DNA of 64,000 bases from the human T2T-CHM13v2.0 reference genome, Homo sapiens: the NCBI RefSeq assembly GCF_009914755.1, contig NC_060947.1, one strand, 5' to 3'. A program made the translations under genes and the position numbers. Under the pieces are notes generated by a model. It had not been told where the DNA came from. It was given only the letters and a program-made list of their open reading frames with translations, and did not search any database. Every line of letters begins with the position of its first letter. The first letter of the stretch is position 1. Below are positions 33,911-51,610 of the stretch, one piece after another.

Positions 33911-36900
33911 GAAAGTACTGAAAGGGGGAAAAAATTACCCTAGAATAGTATATCTGAAGTAAATACCCTTCAATCATGAAGAATACATAATTTCCCAGAC
34001 AAACACAAGCTGAGGGATTTCATCAATATTAGACCTGTCCTGCAAGAAATGCTAAAGGAAGTACTTCAATGAGAAAGAAGAGGACATTAATGAACAATTA
34101 AAAAAATTACCTGAAGGTACAACACTTACTGCTAATAGTAAGCACACAGAAAAACACAGACTATTATAACACTGTAACTGTGGTGTGCAATCTACTGTTA
34201 TCCTAAGTAGAAAGACTAAATGATAAACCAATCAAAAATGATAACTACAACTTTTCAAGACATAGTCATTAAAATAAAATATAAATATAAACAAAAAGTT
34301 AAAAAGTGGGGGGATAAAGTTAGGGTGTACTATTTTTATTAGCTTTATTTTTACTTGTTTGTTTATGCAAATAGTGTTGTTATAATCAGGTTAAAATAAT
34401 GGGTTATAAGATATTACTTGCAAGCCTCATGATAATCTCAAATCAAAAAAACGTACAGTGGATACACAAAAACCAAAAGCAATAAACTAAATTATATCAC
34501 CAGAGAAAATAAACTTCACTACAGGAAGACAGGAAGAAAAGAAAATAGGAAGAGAAGACCACAAGGGAAATGGAAAACAATTAAGAAAATGGCAGAAGTA
34601 AGTCCCACTTATCAATAATAACATTGAATGTAAATGGACTAAACTCTCCAATCAAAGACATAGACTGGCTGGATGAATGGAAAAACAAGATTAATTGATC
34701 TGTTGCATACAAGAAACTCACTTCACCTATAAAGACACACACAGACTAAAAATAAAGGGATGGAAAAAGATATTCCATGCCAATGGAAACCACAAAAAAG
34801 CAGGAGTTTCTATACTTAGAAAAAATAGATTACGGGACAAAAACTATAAAAAAAGACAAAGAACATCACTATATTATGATAAGCAGGTCAATTCAGCAAG
34901 AAGATATAACAATAACTATGTATATGCACCCAAAACTGGAGCACCCAGATATATAAAAAAATATTATTAGAGCTAAAGAGAGATAGGTGCTAATACAATA
35001 ATAGCTGGAGACTTCAACATCCCATTTTCAGCATTGGACAGAACTTCCAGACAGAAAATCAACAAACATTAGATTTAATCTGCACTATGGAACAAATGGA
35101 TCTAGTAGATATGTACAGAATATTTCATTCAAGAGCTGCAGAATACACATTCTTTTCCTCAGTACATAGATCATTTTGAAGGATAGACCATATGTTAAGT
35201 CACAAAACAGATATTAAAACATTCAAAAAAATTAAAATAATATCAAGAAACTTCTCTGACCACAATGGAATAAAAATAGAAATTAATAACAGGAGGAATT
35301 TTGGAAACTGTATAAATACATGTGATTTAAACAATATGCTCTTGAAAGACCAGTGAGTCAATGAAGAAATTCAGAAAGAAATTGAAAAATGTATTGAAAC
35401 AAATGATATACCAAAACCTATGGAATACAGCAAAAGTAGTACTAAAAGTAGTACTAAGAGGGAAGTTTATATCAATAGCTGTAAGTGCCTACATCAAAAA
35501 AAAAAAAGAGAAAAAACTTTAAATAAACAATCTAATGATGCATCTTAACTAGAAAAGCAAGAGCAAACCAAATCCAAAATTAGTAGAAAAAAGAGAAATA
35601 ATAAAGATCAGAGCAGAAATAAATGAAATTAAAATGAAAAAACCCAAAAGATCAATATAACAAAAAGTTGTTTTGAAAAGTTAAATAAAATTGACAAACC
35701 TTTAGCCAGACTAAGATAAAATAGAGAAGTAACAAATAAATAAAATCTGCAATACAAAAGAAGATGTTACACCTCATGCTGCAGAAATTCAAAGGATCAT
35801 TAGTGCCTGCTATGAGCAACTACATGCCAATAAATTGGAAAATCTAGAAGAAATGGACAAATTCATAGATATATGCAGCCTACTGAGATTGAACAAGAGA
35901 GAACTCCAAAACCTGAGTAAAGGGATATCAAGTAATAAGATTGAAACAATAACAAAAAGACTTACAGTAAAGAAAAGCCTGGGATCTGATGGATTCACTG
36001 ATGAATTCTACCAAACACTTAAAGAAGTAATGCCAATTTTACTCAAACTCTTCTTGAAAATAAAGAAATGAATACATCCAAACTTATTTTACAAGGCCAG
36101 CATTATCCTGATAGCAAAACCAGACCAAGACAAACACACAAAAAAGAAAAATACAGGCCAATATCTCTGATGAATATTGAAGCAAAAATTATCAACAAAA
36201 CACTAGCAAATGGAATTCAAAAATACATTCAAAAAAGAATTCATTACGATAAAGTGTGATTTATCTCTGAGATGCAAAACAGTTGAAAATACACAAATCA
36301 ATCAATGTGATATAACAACAGAATAAAGAGTAAAAACCATATGTGATCATTTCAATTGATGCTGAAAAAGCATTTGATAAAATTAAACATCCCTTCATGA
36401 TAAAAAAAAAAAACCTCAAAAAACTGGTTGGGGATACAAGAAACACACCTTAACATAATAAAAGCCGTATATGACAGACTCACAGCTACTTCTTTAAAAA
36501 ACTAAAAAGCTACTCCTCTAATATCAGGAAAACAATAAGGATGTCCACTGTCACCACTGTTATTCAACATAGTACTGGAAGACCTAGTTAGACCAATCAG
36601 ACAAGAGAAGTATATAAAGGACATCCAAATTGGAATGGAAGAAGTCAAATTATCCTTCTTTGCAGATGATATAATCTTATATTTGGAAAAACCTGGACTC
36701 CTTCACAAAAAAGTATTAGAACTGATAAAAAAATTTTCAGGATACAAAATCAACATACAAAAATTAATAGGATATCTATATACAAACAGTGAACAATTTG
36801 AAATGAGAAATGAAAAAGTAATCTTATTTGCAATAGGTACACATAAAATTAAATACCTAGGAATTAACCAAAGAAGTGAAAGATTTCATAATGAAAACTA

Positions 36901-37956
36901 TAAAACACTGATGAAGGAATTTGAAGAGCATATCAAAAAATGGACAAAGATTCCATGATCATGGATTGGAATAATCAATATTGTGAAAATGTCCATACTA
37001 CCCAAAGGAATGCAGATTTAATGCAATCCCTATCAAAATACCAATGACATTCTTCACAGAAATAGAGAAAAAATCATTAAATTTTTATAAAACCACAAAA
37101 GACCCAGAATAGTTAAAGCCATTCTAAGAAAAAAAGAACAAAACTGGAGGAATCACATTACCTGACTTCAAATTATACTACAGAGCTACAGTAACTAAAA
37201 CGGTATGGTACTGATATAAAATCAGTCACATAGACCAATGGAACAGAATAAAGAACTCAGAAACAAGTGCACACACCTACAGTGAACTCATTTTCAAAAA
37301 AAGTGCAAAGAACATACACTGGGGAAATGACACTTGCTTTATTAAATGGTCCTAGGAAAACTGGATATCCATATGCAGAAGAATGAATCTATCTAGACAC
37401 ATGTCTCTCACCATATACAAAAATGAAGTCAAAGTTGATTAAATATTTAAATCTAAGACCGCAAACTATGAAACTATTACAAGAAAACTTTGGGGAAAAT
37501 CTCCAGGACACTAGTTTGGGGAAACATTTCTTGAGCGATACCCCACAAGCATAGGTAACTAAAGCAAAAATGGACCAGTGGGATTGCATCAAGTTAAAAA
37601 GCTTCTGCATGGCAAAAGATAAAGTCAACAAAGTGAATAGACAACCCCAGAATGGGAGAAAATATTTGCAAATGACCCATTTGACAAAGGATTAATAAGC
37701 AGAATATATAAGGAGCTTAAGCAACTCTATAGGAGAAAAATAATAATCTAATACAAAAATGGCAAAATATTTGAATAAACATTTCTCAGAAAAGACATAC
37801 AATGGCAAAAAGGCATATGAAAAGGTGCTCAACATCATTGGTAATTAGAAAAATGCAAATCAAAACTACAGTGAGCTATTTCACCTCAGTTAAAATGGCT
37901 TATATCCAAAAGACAGGCAACAACAAATGGTGGTTGGAAGGTGGAAAAAATGAAAC

Positions 37957-40269
37957 TGTAGCCCGTTCTCACAATGCCACTAAAGACATAACCGAGATTG
38001 TGTAATTTATAAAGAAAAGAGGCTTAATTGATTCACAATTCATTATGGCTGAGGAGGCCTCAGGGAAACTTACAATCATGGTGGAAGCTGAAGTAAACAT
38101 GTCCTTCTTTACATGGCAGAAAGAAGGAGAAAAATGAGCAAAAGGGGGAATATTCCCTTATAAAACCATCAGATCTTATGAGAACTAACTTACTGTCATG
38201 AGAATAGCATGGAGGTAAACGTCCCCATGATTCAATTACCTCCCATTTAGTCCCTCCCATGACATGTGAGAGTTATAGGAACTACAATAGAAGATGATAT
38301 TTGGATGGAGAAACAGCCAAACCATATTATTTAAGCCCAGCCCCTCTAAAATCTCATGCCTTTCCAACAGTCCCTCAGTCTTAACTCATTCTAACATCTC
38401 ATTTGAGACAAGGCAAGTCCCTTCCACCTTTGAGCCTGTAAAATCAAAAGCAAGTTACTTACCTCCTAGACACAATGAGGGTACAAGCATTTGGTAAATA
38501 TACCCATTCCAAATGGGAGAAATTGGCCAAAATGAAGGGGCTACAGGCCTCATGCAAGTCCAAAATCCAGTGGGGCAGTCAAATCCTAAAGCTCCAAAAT
38601 GATATCCTTTGACTCTACGTTCTCACATCTAGGTCACACTGATGCAAGAGGTGGGCTCCCATGGCCTTGGGCAGCTCCACATCTGTGGCTATGCAGGGTA
38701 TAGCCCTTCTCAGCTTCCTTCATGGTCTGGCATTGCGTGTCTGTGGCTTTTCCAGGTGCATGGGGCAAGCTGTCATAGGATCTACCATCCTGGGTACTAG
38801 AGGAAGGTGGCCCTCTTCTTACAGCTGCAGTAAGCAGTGCCCCAGTGAAGACTGTATGTGCGGGCTCCGACCCCACATTTTCCTTCTGCACTGCCCTAAC
38901 ACAGGTTCTCCATGAGGGCTCCACCCTGCAGCATACTTCTGCCTGGACATCTAGACATTTCCATACATCCTCTGAAATCTATGTGGAGGTTTCCAAAACT
39001 CATTTCTTATCATCTGCACACCTGCAGGCCCAACACCACATGTAAGCTACCAAGTCTTGGGGCTTGCATTCTCTGAAGCCATGGCCCAAGCTGTACCTTG
39101 GCCCATTTTAGCCACCTCTGGAGTGGCTGGGATGCAAGGCACCATGTTCCAAGGAGGCTGCACATAACAGGGTGCCCTGGGCCGAGCCCACAGAACTATT
39201 TTTGCCTCCTAGGCTTCTGGGCCTGTAATGCAGGAGGAGCTGCTGCAAAGGTCTCTGACATGCCCTGGAGGCATTTTCCCCATTGTCTTGGTGATTAACA
39301 TTTGGCTGTTTGTTACTCATGCAAATTTCTGCATCTGGCTTGAATTTCTTCTTAGAAAATGAGTTTTCTTTTCTAACACATCATCGGGCTGTAAATTTTT
39401 CAACTTTAATGCTCTGCTTCCCTTTTAAACATAAGTTCCAATTCCAAACCATATCTTTGTGAATACATAAAGATGAATGCTTTTAACAACACCCAAGCCA
39501 CCTCTTGAATGGTTTGCTGCTTGGAAATTACTTCTGCCAGATACCCTAAATCATCTCCCTTAAGTCCAAAGTTCCATAGATCCCTGGGACAGGAGCTAAA
39601 TACTGCCAACCTCTTTGCTAAAACATAGCAAGAGTCACTTTTATTCCAGTTCCCAACAAGTTTCTCATCTCCATCTGCAACCACATCAGCCTCGATTTCC
39701 TTGTCAATATTACTGTCAGCATTTTGGTCAAAGCCATTCAACTTGGAAGTCCCAAGCTTTCCCACATCTTCCTGTCTTTTTCTGAGCCTTCCATCCAAAC
39801 TGTTCAAACCTCTGCCTGTTACCCAGTTCCAAAGTCACTTCCACATTTTGAGGTATCTTTACAGCAGCACCCCACTCTATGTGGTATCAATTTACTCTAT
39901 TAGTCTGTTCTCGCACTGCTAATAAAGACATTCCTGAGACTGGGTAATTTATTAAAAAAAGAACTTTAATTGACTCACAGTTCAGCATGGCTGAGGAGGC
40001 CTCAGGAAACTTACAATCACGGAGGAAGTGGAAGCAAACATGACCTTCTTGACATAGTGGCAGAAAGGAGAAGAATGAGCAAAAGTGGCAAAAGCCCCTT
40101 ATAAAACTATCAGATATTGTGAGAACTCACTCACTATCATGAGAACAGCATGGAGGTAACTGGCCCCATGATTCAATTACCTCCCACTGCATCATGCCCC
40201 TGGCACATGGGGATTATGGGAACTACAGTAGAAGATGAGATTTGACTGGGGCACCGCTAAACCATTTCA
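37957..40269 (-). mobile_element. Full THE1 (THE1C/D-like) MaLR provirus: LTR 37957-38329, internal 38330-39895, LTR 39896-40269
   Basis: Two similar ~373-bp LTRs flanking THE1-int (ORF 39406: GDEKLVGNWNKSDSCYVLAKRLA); TSD gaaac (37952-56) / ggaac (40270-74). Confidence 0.92.
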
Positions 40270-40554
40270 GGAACCCTTGTACACTGTTGGTGGGAATGTA
40301 AATTAGTAGAACCACTATGGAGAACAGTTTGGAGATTCCTCAAAAAAAAAAAAAAAATGAGCTACCATATGATCAAGCAATCCCACTGCTGGGTATATAC
40401 CCCAAAGAATGGATATCAGTATATCAAAGAGATAGCTGCACTCCCATGTTTGTTGCAGCACTGTTAACAATAGTTAATATTTGGAAGCAACCTAAGTTTC
40501 CATTAACAGATAAATGGATAAAGAAGAGGTGGTACACATAAACAGTGGAGTACT

Positions 40555-44480
<3,926 letters not shown>

Positions 44481-45093
44481 TCTTTCTCTTTCTTTTCATT
44501 TACAGAGTGAGTAGGTCAATCAGATGATCCAAAATTTGATTTTTAAAAAATTAGTTTATATTCTATTACTATCACAATGAAAAGACACAAAGATGAAATT
44601 ATCACAGAGAACTTTCTTTTATGTTCATGGACCCCCATGGAGTTCTGAGCACCTCAGAGAAATGAGAGAATTCTGGCCATATAGAACATATAAAGTGCAG
44701 AAACTCCACAATCTATACATAACATACTAATAGCTCAACATATATTTTTGAAAATAGATTGTTTTTACTATCAAACTGGTCAGCCTCGATAATGGCTTCA
44801 GCATTTGGGCCTTATCTATAATAATTACAACAACAACTACTACCAATTTAGTGATAACCTACAATGGTCTAGGCTCTGTATCAGGTGCTTTACATATAGC
44901 ATCTCATCCTACCTTCACACAATCCTGAGATATAGATAATACCATCACCATTTTTTCATTTGAAGAAACTGAAGCACAGAGGCATTAAATTGATAGTTGA
45001 AGACTATAGAGTCAGTTTATGAAGAAGCTGTGTTTAAATTCCAGGTTGACTAGGATTTAACTGATTTCAAAACTGGCTTTTTAGTGCTATGCT

Positions 45094-45505
45094 TGTATAG
45101 GCCATTCTCACATTGCTATAAAGAAATGCCTGAGACTGGGTAATTTATAAAGAAAAGAGGTTTAATTGGCTCATGGTTCTGCAAGCTATACAGGAAGCAT
45201 AATGGCTTCTGGTTTTAGGAAGGCCTCAGGAAGCTTCCAATCATGGTGGAAAGCAAAGAGGGAGCAGTTGTCTTACATGGCAAGAGCCAAGAGCAAGAAA
45301 GGGGGGCATGCTACACACTTTTAAAGGACTAGATCTCACAAGAAATCACTCACTATTGCAAGGACAGTACCAAGGGGGATAGTGCTGAACCATTCATGAG
45401 AACTCTGCCCCTGTGACCCAATCACCTCCCACCAGGCCTCACCTCCAATATTGAGAATTACAATTCAACATGAGATTTGGTGGGACAGAGATCAAAATCA
45501 TATCA
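45094..45505 (-). mobile_element. MST (MSTA/B) MaLR solo LTR, at the end of a MIR (~44840-45090)
   Basis: TG..CA ends; perfect 5-bp TSD 'atgct' at 45089-93 and 45506-10. Confidence 0.92.
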
Positions 45506-45629
45506 ATGCTCTTCATCTAATTTACTGATTACTTAAATTGTCCTGCAATTTTGGAGAACATGTATAGTTCAGAAGAAAGAGGTTAACTGTGTGATTTTTT
45601 TTAAGAAGAAACTTTAAACGTATTTCTTT

Positions 45630-45970
45630 TTCATCAATGAGAATGCATGAAGTACTGCTACACAGAACAACAGAGATGAATCTTACAAATATAAAGTTGA
45701 GCAAAAAATGCCAGACTCTAGGTAATATATACTAACTGATTCCATGCACATAAAGTCCAAAAACAGGTACAACTAATTTTTGTGTGCTAGAAACTAGAAT
45801 GGTGATAATCTTAGTAGAGGGTTTTGGCACTGGTAAGGAGTATGAAGGATGCAAGGAATATTCTGTTTCTTCATCTGGCTGCTGGTCACACAAATGTGCT
45901 CATAGAGCTCAACACGCATGATTTGTGTGTTTTCTGTCTATATGCTATACCTCAATAAATTTACTTTAAA
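45630..45970 (+). mobile_element. L1ME 3' end
   Basis: 'agatgaatcttacaaatataaagttgagcaaaaaatgccagac..tgattcca..tatgctatacctcaataaa'. Confidence 0.7.
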
Positions 45971-48585
45971 ATTATTCATTTTAATTTAACTACATGGCTA
46001 GATATGAATTCACATATTCTTCAAGTCAGTGCTCCTATTATTGGACTACTGCAATTCTAATCAATAGTCACAAACATATATATCCTTACTCATTTCATTC
46101 AAACTGACTAGGTTTGAATCCTAGCTTTGCCACATACTAGATATGTGACCTTGAGCAATGACTTAACAGCTCTGCACCTTATTTTTCTCATTTATCAAAT
46201 AAGAATAATTAGTATCTACTTGTAAGAATGCAATGATTTAATTGCTACCCCTTAGCTAAAGATCACCAAAGCATCATAATTATTTCCATAATTATTCTCA
46301 TCACTTTGCTGTTTCCACTGAACAATTGCCTTGACCAGACAATTCTTCACGTCCCTGCATGGACAATTATAAATGTCTTCTAAGAAGTAATACACAATGT
46401 TTTTAAAATCCTGGAAGCACAGCTACTGGAAAATCCTAAGATTTTGAATCCACTCAATGTCATCTGCACAATTGTTACTTACCTAATTTCCAGAGAAAAT
46501 TGTAAAAGGTGATTTTTCCACAGAACATATTCATACCTACAAAGTTCAGGCTCTAGGGAGAATTTCTCTTCTTGACCTGAAGTACCTAAAGTACTCTCTT
46601 TGACCTACTACCAATATGCTTGTCCACTTTGCCAAGGGCCTTCTCTCATTTATTGCACTTATTCTTTTATTCTGAGACATAATTAAAGTTTCTATTCAAA
46701 AGTAACTTGGCTTTCTCTGTGTTCAGATGAATTAACTAATTCCCTGTATTCATATGTCTAACTTAGCTTTTCTGGTTCGATGGCTGCTTCATTTTTTGAG
46801 GCATATTGTTCAGAAAATCTATACATTATTCAAAAATTTATACACATCAAAATCACTCATTTCTATGCTTTCCATTCTAATTTTTTATCTGTTGAGCAAA
46901 ATCAACAGAAAATTTTAATAATCCAACAACAAACAAAAATTGAGTTGTTATTTTTGCCTAATGACTGATAGGAAGTTACCCCAGTCCAAAACTTGCTACA
47001 AAATTTTGTAACCTATTTGTATTTAACCTGGTTTTTCTATGTCAGGAAAGTTCCCATTGCCTCTTTTCTCGGAATCCTAAAGCTATCCTAAATCCTCTCA
47101 GTCTGGAATTCTTATTCTCCTCAGATTATGCCCCATGCTCTGCACTATTTTTCTTCTGAAGAGGATTTGGATTTCATTTAGAAACCCATTTAAAATTGTA
47201 CTACCATTCAAATATTCTTTGTCTCATCTTCTGTTTCATGACTCTTGTTATTCACTCTCTATCCTTTTCTGCCTATGTCATCATCATGCAGTATAGTTCT
47301 TTCCTTGGCTAATGTCCTCTGGCTGCATTTCTTCACAGAAGCTTATTTTTCCTATCTTCTCTTTTTGGTTATTTCTAGTTTTTCTCCATCCAGTCAGATA
47401 TATTTCCTGTCACTTTCTTTCCAAGTTATGTTTTACCAGCTATTCTCTCCTTGATTATTTCTGTGTATTTTGAGTGATTATTACACTACACACTAAACTT
47501 TCACCTACATGTTGTGAACGTGTAACTATGTATTCCATCTGGTATCATGACCCTATAAACTTCTCCCATAACAATGTATTACTAAGTTATTAATTCTAAC
47601 TGAAAATAAACTGTACTTGCTTATTTGACTAATGTTGCTCTTTCCGAGCAACATTGTCAGTAAGGGACTATAAGTTACCTTTCAACTACACCCCACCTCA
47701 AGAACTAGAAAATGAGAGCTATTTGAGTGTATTTTGAGGATTATGTTGTAGGATCAGCACATCACTAATCAAGGAACACAGATGTAAAATTATCTGAGGA
47801 GACAAAATGAATTTTGGGCCCTTAAAGTATAAGTATACTGTGACCTGGCTGACTGTATTAGCATCTTAAGAAAGAATGAACCACAAAGGCATAGGGAAAA
47901 GTTGGTCCCTGAAGTAAGGATTGGCAGCAACCAATGGATACAGGTGCCTTAGCCACTTGACTTCCAGTATTTTCAACCCTATAATCAATATCATCTCTGT
48001 TGGGAGATGAATGCACAGCACTAGCTTTGATTTATGTCATTAAACTGTTAGTTTATGATCTTATGAATCATGGTTTACCCAACAACCATCCTGCTATATC
48101 CCATCATATGTCTTTCAGATGATTTTGCTTGTGTCTGCTCTGATTAATGACGTAGGCTTATAATTTACATTCAAAGGGCAATCAAGTAGCTCTAATTTTC
48201 TAGTTCTGATTTTTATTTGGCTTCCTATTTAAGCTTTGAGAAGGGAAATGTGCTGGATGCATACACATAAGTAGTTTAGGTAGGCATCACAGTCCTGTTT
48301 CTCACTGGAAAATAATAAATTGGCATTCTCCCGTCTATCTCAGTCTCATCTGCTGTTTCATTTGTGTGAGTCAGTAACTCAGGGCCTGCACTATTCTGGC
48401 AGCTGGTAAAAGTGAGACCTTTGGACCTGCAAAACATAACAAAAGCCAGCAAGGCAACACTTAAATAACTGTTGAGACATACTGAAGTTGACATCTAAAG
48501 TTTGTCACCGTATATTTAAATAATTGCAAGAATACAATTTCTGGGATATTATGAATATTGACATTTTGAAATAAACTGTTACGTC

Positions 48586-49013
48586 CATTAAAGCGAACTA
48601 AATATGGCCTGAGAAGGGCTCTGTACTTCTATATTTGAGTCTTTGTAGACCATTTCTAACCTAACTTAATAGGTAGACAAGATTGAAAACCTAAATTAGG
48701 AGTGTGTGCCTGTAACAATAGCTGAGTCTTGGCCAATTCCAGCAGCCATACTTCAACCACTCATACACTGCTGAGTGTTCACACTCTGTTCAAATAATGC
48801 AAACACCAACCTGTAACCAATCCAGCTGTTTCTGTACCTCACCTCCGATTTCTGTACATCACTTTCCTTGTTTTGTCTATAAATTTATTCTGACCACAAG
48901 GCTTCCCAGGAATCTGTTTGAATCTGCTGTGATTCTGGAGGCTGCCCAATTTGTGAATTTTTTTTTCTTGTTTAATTAAACTCTGTTTAATTTTCCAAAG
49001 TTTTCTTTTAACA
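48586..49013 (+). mobile_element. MER57-family (ERV1) solo LTR
   Basis: 'ttaaagcgaactaaatatggcctgagaagg' start, 'ttttcttttaaca' end; 4-bp TSD 'cgtc' at 48582-85 and 49014-17. Confidence 0.85.
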
Positions 49014-49344
49014 CGTCAGCCTCTTAAATGTATCCAGCAGACCCTAAATACTATAGCAACTTGAGATCTGCCTCATGCATCTTTAAAATATAATAACAGA
49101 TTCTTCTTTAACAGTTGAAAAATTTATGTTGTACATTTTTTCTTTAATATTTCTATTTATTTTATAAATAGAAGATATTTAATATTTTTCTTTAATATCT
49201 CTATTTGTTTTCTCCACAGAATTTTTGTCCTAATTTTATATATTTTATGTTAAAAAGCCTTTCATTGATCACCCTATTCATGCTTCTCTACCACAAAAAT
49301 TATACAAACTAAATTAATTTTAAAGGATAAAACTGTTCTGTATT

Positions 49345-49745
49345 AAAGATAAATACTGTGTGTTCTCACTCACATGTGGAAGCTAAAACCGTTGATCTAA
49401 TGAAAGTAGAGAGTAGAATAGAGGTTATTAGAGGCTAAGAAGGGTAGAAAAGAGGGGAAGATAAGGAGAAGTTGGTTAAGGGATACAAAATTACAGGAAG
49501 ACAGGAGGAATAAGATTTAGTATTCCATAGTACTGTAGGGTGATCATAGCTAACAATAATTTATTTTGTATTTTCAAATAGCTTGAAGAGAAGATTTTGA
49601 ATGTTTTCAACACAAAGAACTGATACCTGTTTGAGGGGATGGATATGCTAATTACCCTGATTTGATCATTATACATGATATACATGTATCAAAACATTAC
49701 ACTGCTCCTCATAATATATAAAATTATGTCAATTAAAATAATAAA
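49345..49745 (+). mobile_element. L1MA 3' end fragment
   Basis: 'gttctcactcacatgtggaagcta..gctaattaccctgatttgatcattatacat'. Confidence 0.85.
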
Positions 49746-50891
49746 CATGTTGAAAAACCCCAAAGAAATAAAACAACTTATTGAAAAAAATTGTTTTGTA
49801 TTATCATTATAATTATTGTTAGTACAAAATTTATCAAAAGCATAAATATATTATTGGTTTTGATAAAACTAGACATATAAGTAAGACTTAATTTAAAATT
49901 CATTTGGGAGTTTTTTTCCCTATTAGTTTATTTACCTAAATATCAATGTTACTCATTGCTAGCAAGTATTTTCCTTTTTATTGTTTTTATAAATATAAGC
50001 ACTGAAATCATTTAATAAATAAACAAATAGATGGGAATGTAAAGACTTTGTCATAATAATTCCCTCCGTCTCTGATTTTGAGTCCATCTCTAGAGTCTTG
50101 GGAATTCACATACAATGCATGTGGAGAAAGCACCTCCTCCCACTGCTGCCAGGTTTATTTCTGTCAGTATTCTGATTTGCATCTTGGGATGCATTTTCAC
50201 ATAAAATGTTTTCAATGGTAACACATTACCATTTGATTATAATGTAGCTAATGTCTACTCTTAATCATGCTATAAGTCAACTAGGCTTCATAGGACTGTC
50301 TTGGAAACTTAACTTCTGCTCTGGGTAATTATTTGTATATTTATATAATTGTGTCAGTCCCAGAGCATTTTTCATGGCCACAAAATCACCTATGGCTACT
50401 ATTCTATTATTAGAGGGATTAGGCCTTAATGACTTCATACTCACCTTCTGACACTTCCACTTTGTCTATTATTTCTACCTTATTGGTCTGAATGAGGTTG
50501 ATTGACAGTAGCAGACATTCTACTCATTTCTACCTTCTGATAAAACATCGATTCTGCTTTTTCTATACCTGGTCCTCTATAGTACTCATTTTTAATTATC
50601 CCTGAGCATTTTTTCTCTTACCTTTTATTTTCATTTTAATTTTCCCTCTATTGATTTTTTAAATCTCAAAGGAATTTAGTACTTCTACATTCTTTTGAAA
50701 GGCACTCATGAAATGCAACTTATGCCACAGTTTATAATATAAAACCCGATTCTACACAGCACAGTGAGGCAGACTTTCACTGCCATCTCACATTTTCTCA
50801 GTTCCCAGTTTTCAACTGGAAATCACTCAGTCATATAATTCTGGTGGTAAGAGTCATGGAAAGATTAAACTGAAGGAAAAGTATTAGCTGC

Positions 50892-50927
<36 letters not shown>
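50892..50927. repeat. (CAT)12 microsatellite
   Basis: Direct reading. Confidence 0.95.
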
Positions 50928-50928
<1 letters not shown>

Positions 50929-50999
50929 TTCATTTGAAGAAAGTGTTTTCCACAATACAAACATATTTATAGCCCCCTGGGGTGAATATTCCACTCTTT

Positions 51000-51031
51000 T
51001 TTTCTGACCACCTTCTGCTTATTGAAGTTTA

Positions 51032-51077
<46 letters not shown>

Positions 51078-51199
51078 TAGAGACAGAATCTGGCTATGTT
51101 GGCCAGGCTGGTCTTGAACTCTGGCCTCAAGCCATCTTCCTGCCTCTGCCTCCCAAAGTGCTGGTATTACAAGAATGAGCGAGCCACTATGCCCAGCCT
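51000..51199 (-). mobile_element. FLAM-type Alu monomer with (AAAT)n tail and extra 3' sequence
   Basis: Antisense left-arm monomer ~51079-51198; 15-bp TSD 'aatattccactcttt' at 50985-50999 and 51200-51214. Confidence 0.9.
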
Positions 51200-51329
51200 A
51201 ATATTCCACTCTTTAAGAAAGTGACCCAATTATGTTCTTGATCTTTTCCAATTCACCTCAGTGCTTCAGTGTTTCTACTCTTCAGGAGACATAGTGAAGG
51301 AAGAGAAAGCTTACTGAGCTCCTTCTTCA

Positions 51330-51610
51330 AAGATAAAAATTTCCAATGTTTATGGGGCAACTAAATAAGGAAATACATGAAGTGGACCTGGAGGAGACTG
51401 GCAAATCAGAATACAACCCTTATCTGAAGAAGGCAGCCAATATTCACCTCTAGTCAAATTACAGCCCTCAAGTGTATGAGCCCAATGTAGCCAGATCATT
51501 TAATTTTGAAAGAGAATTTTGAAATCTGGATTTGTAGGGGAGATTTTCCGAGTTTTAGGTGTCGGCAGGCCAAAGCCAGCCCAGGAATTGCCAGTTTGTA
51601 ATTTGTGTCC
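51330..51610 (+). mobile_element. hAT-Charlie MER102-like DNA transposon
   Basis: 'gagcccaatgtagccagatc..aagagaattttgaaatctggattt..gccagtttg'. Confidence 0.55.

Noticed and set aside
38634-39922. ORFs of 66-133 aa in a moderately GC-rich block
   Set aside because: Decayed THE1 internal sequence.
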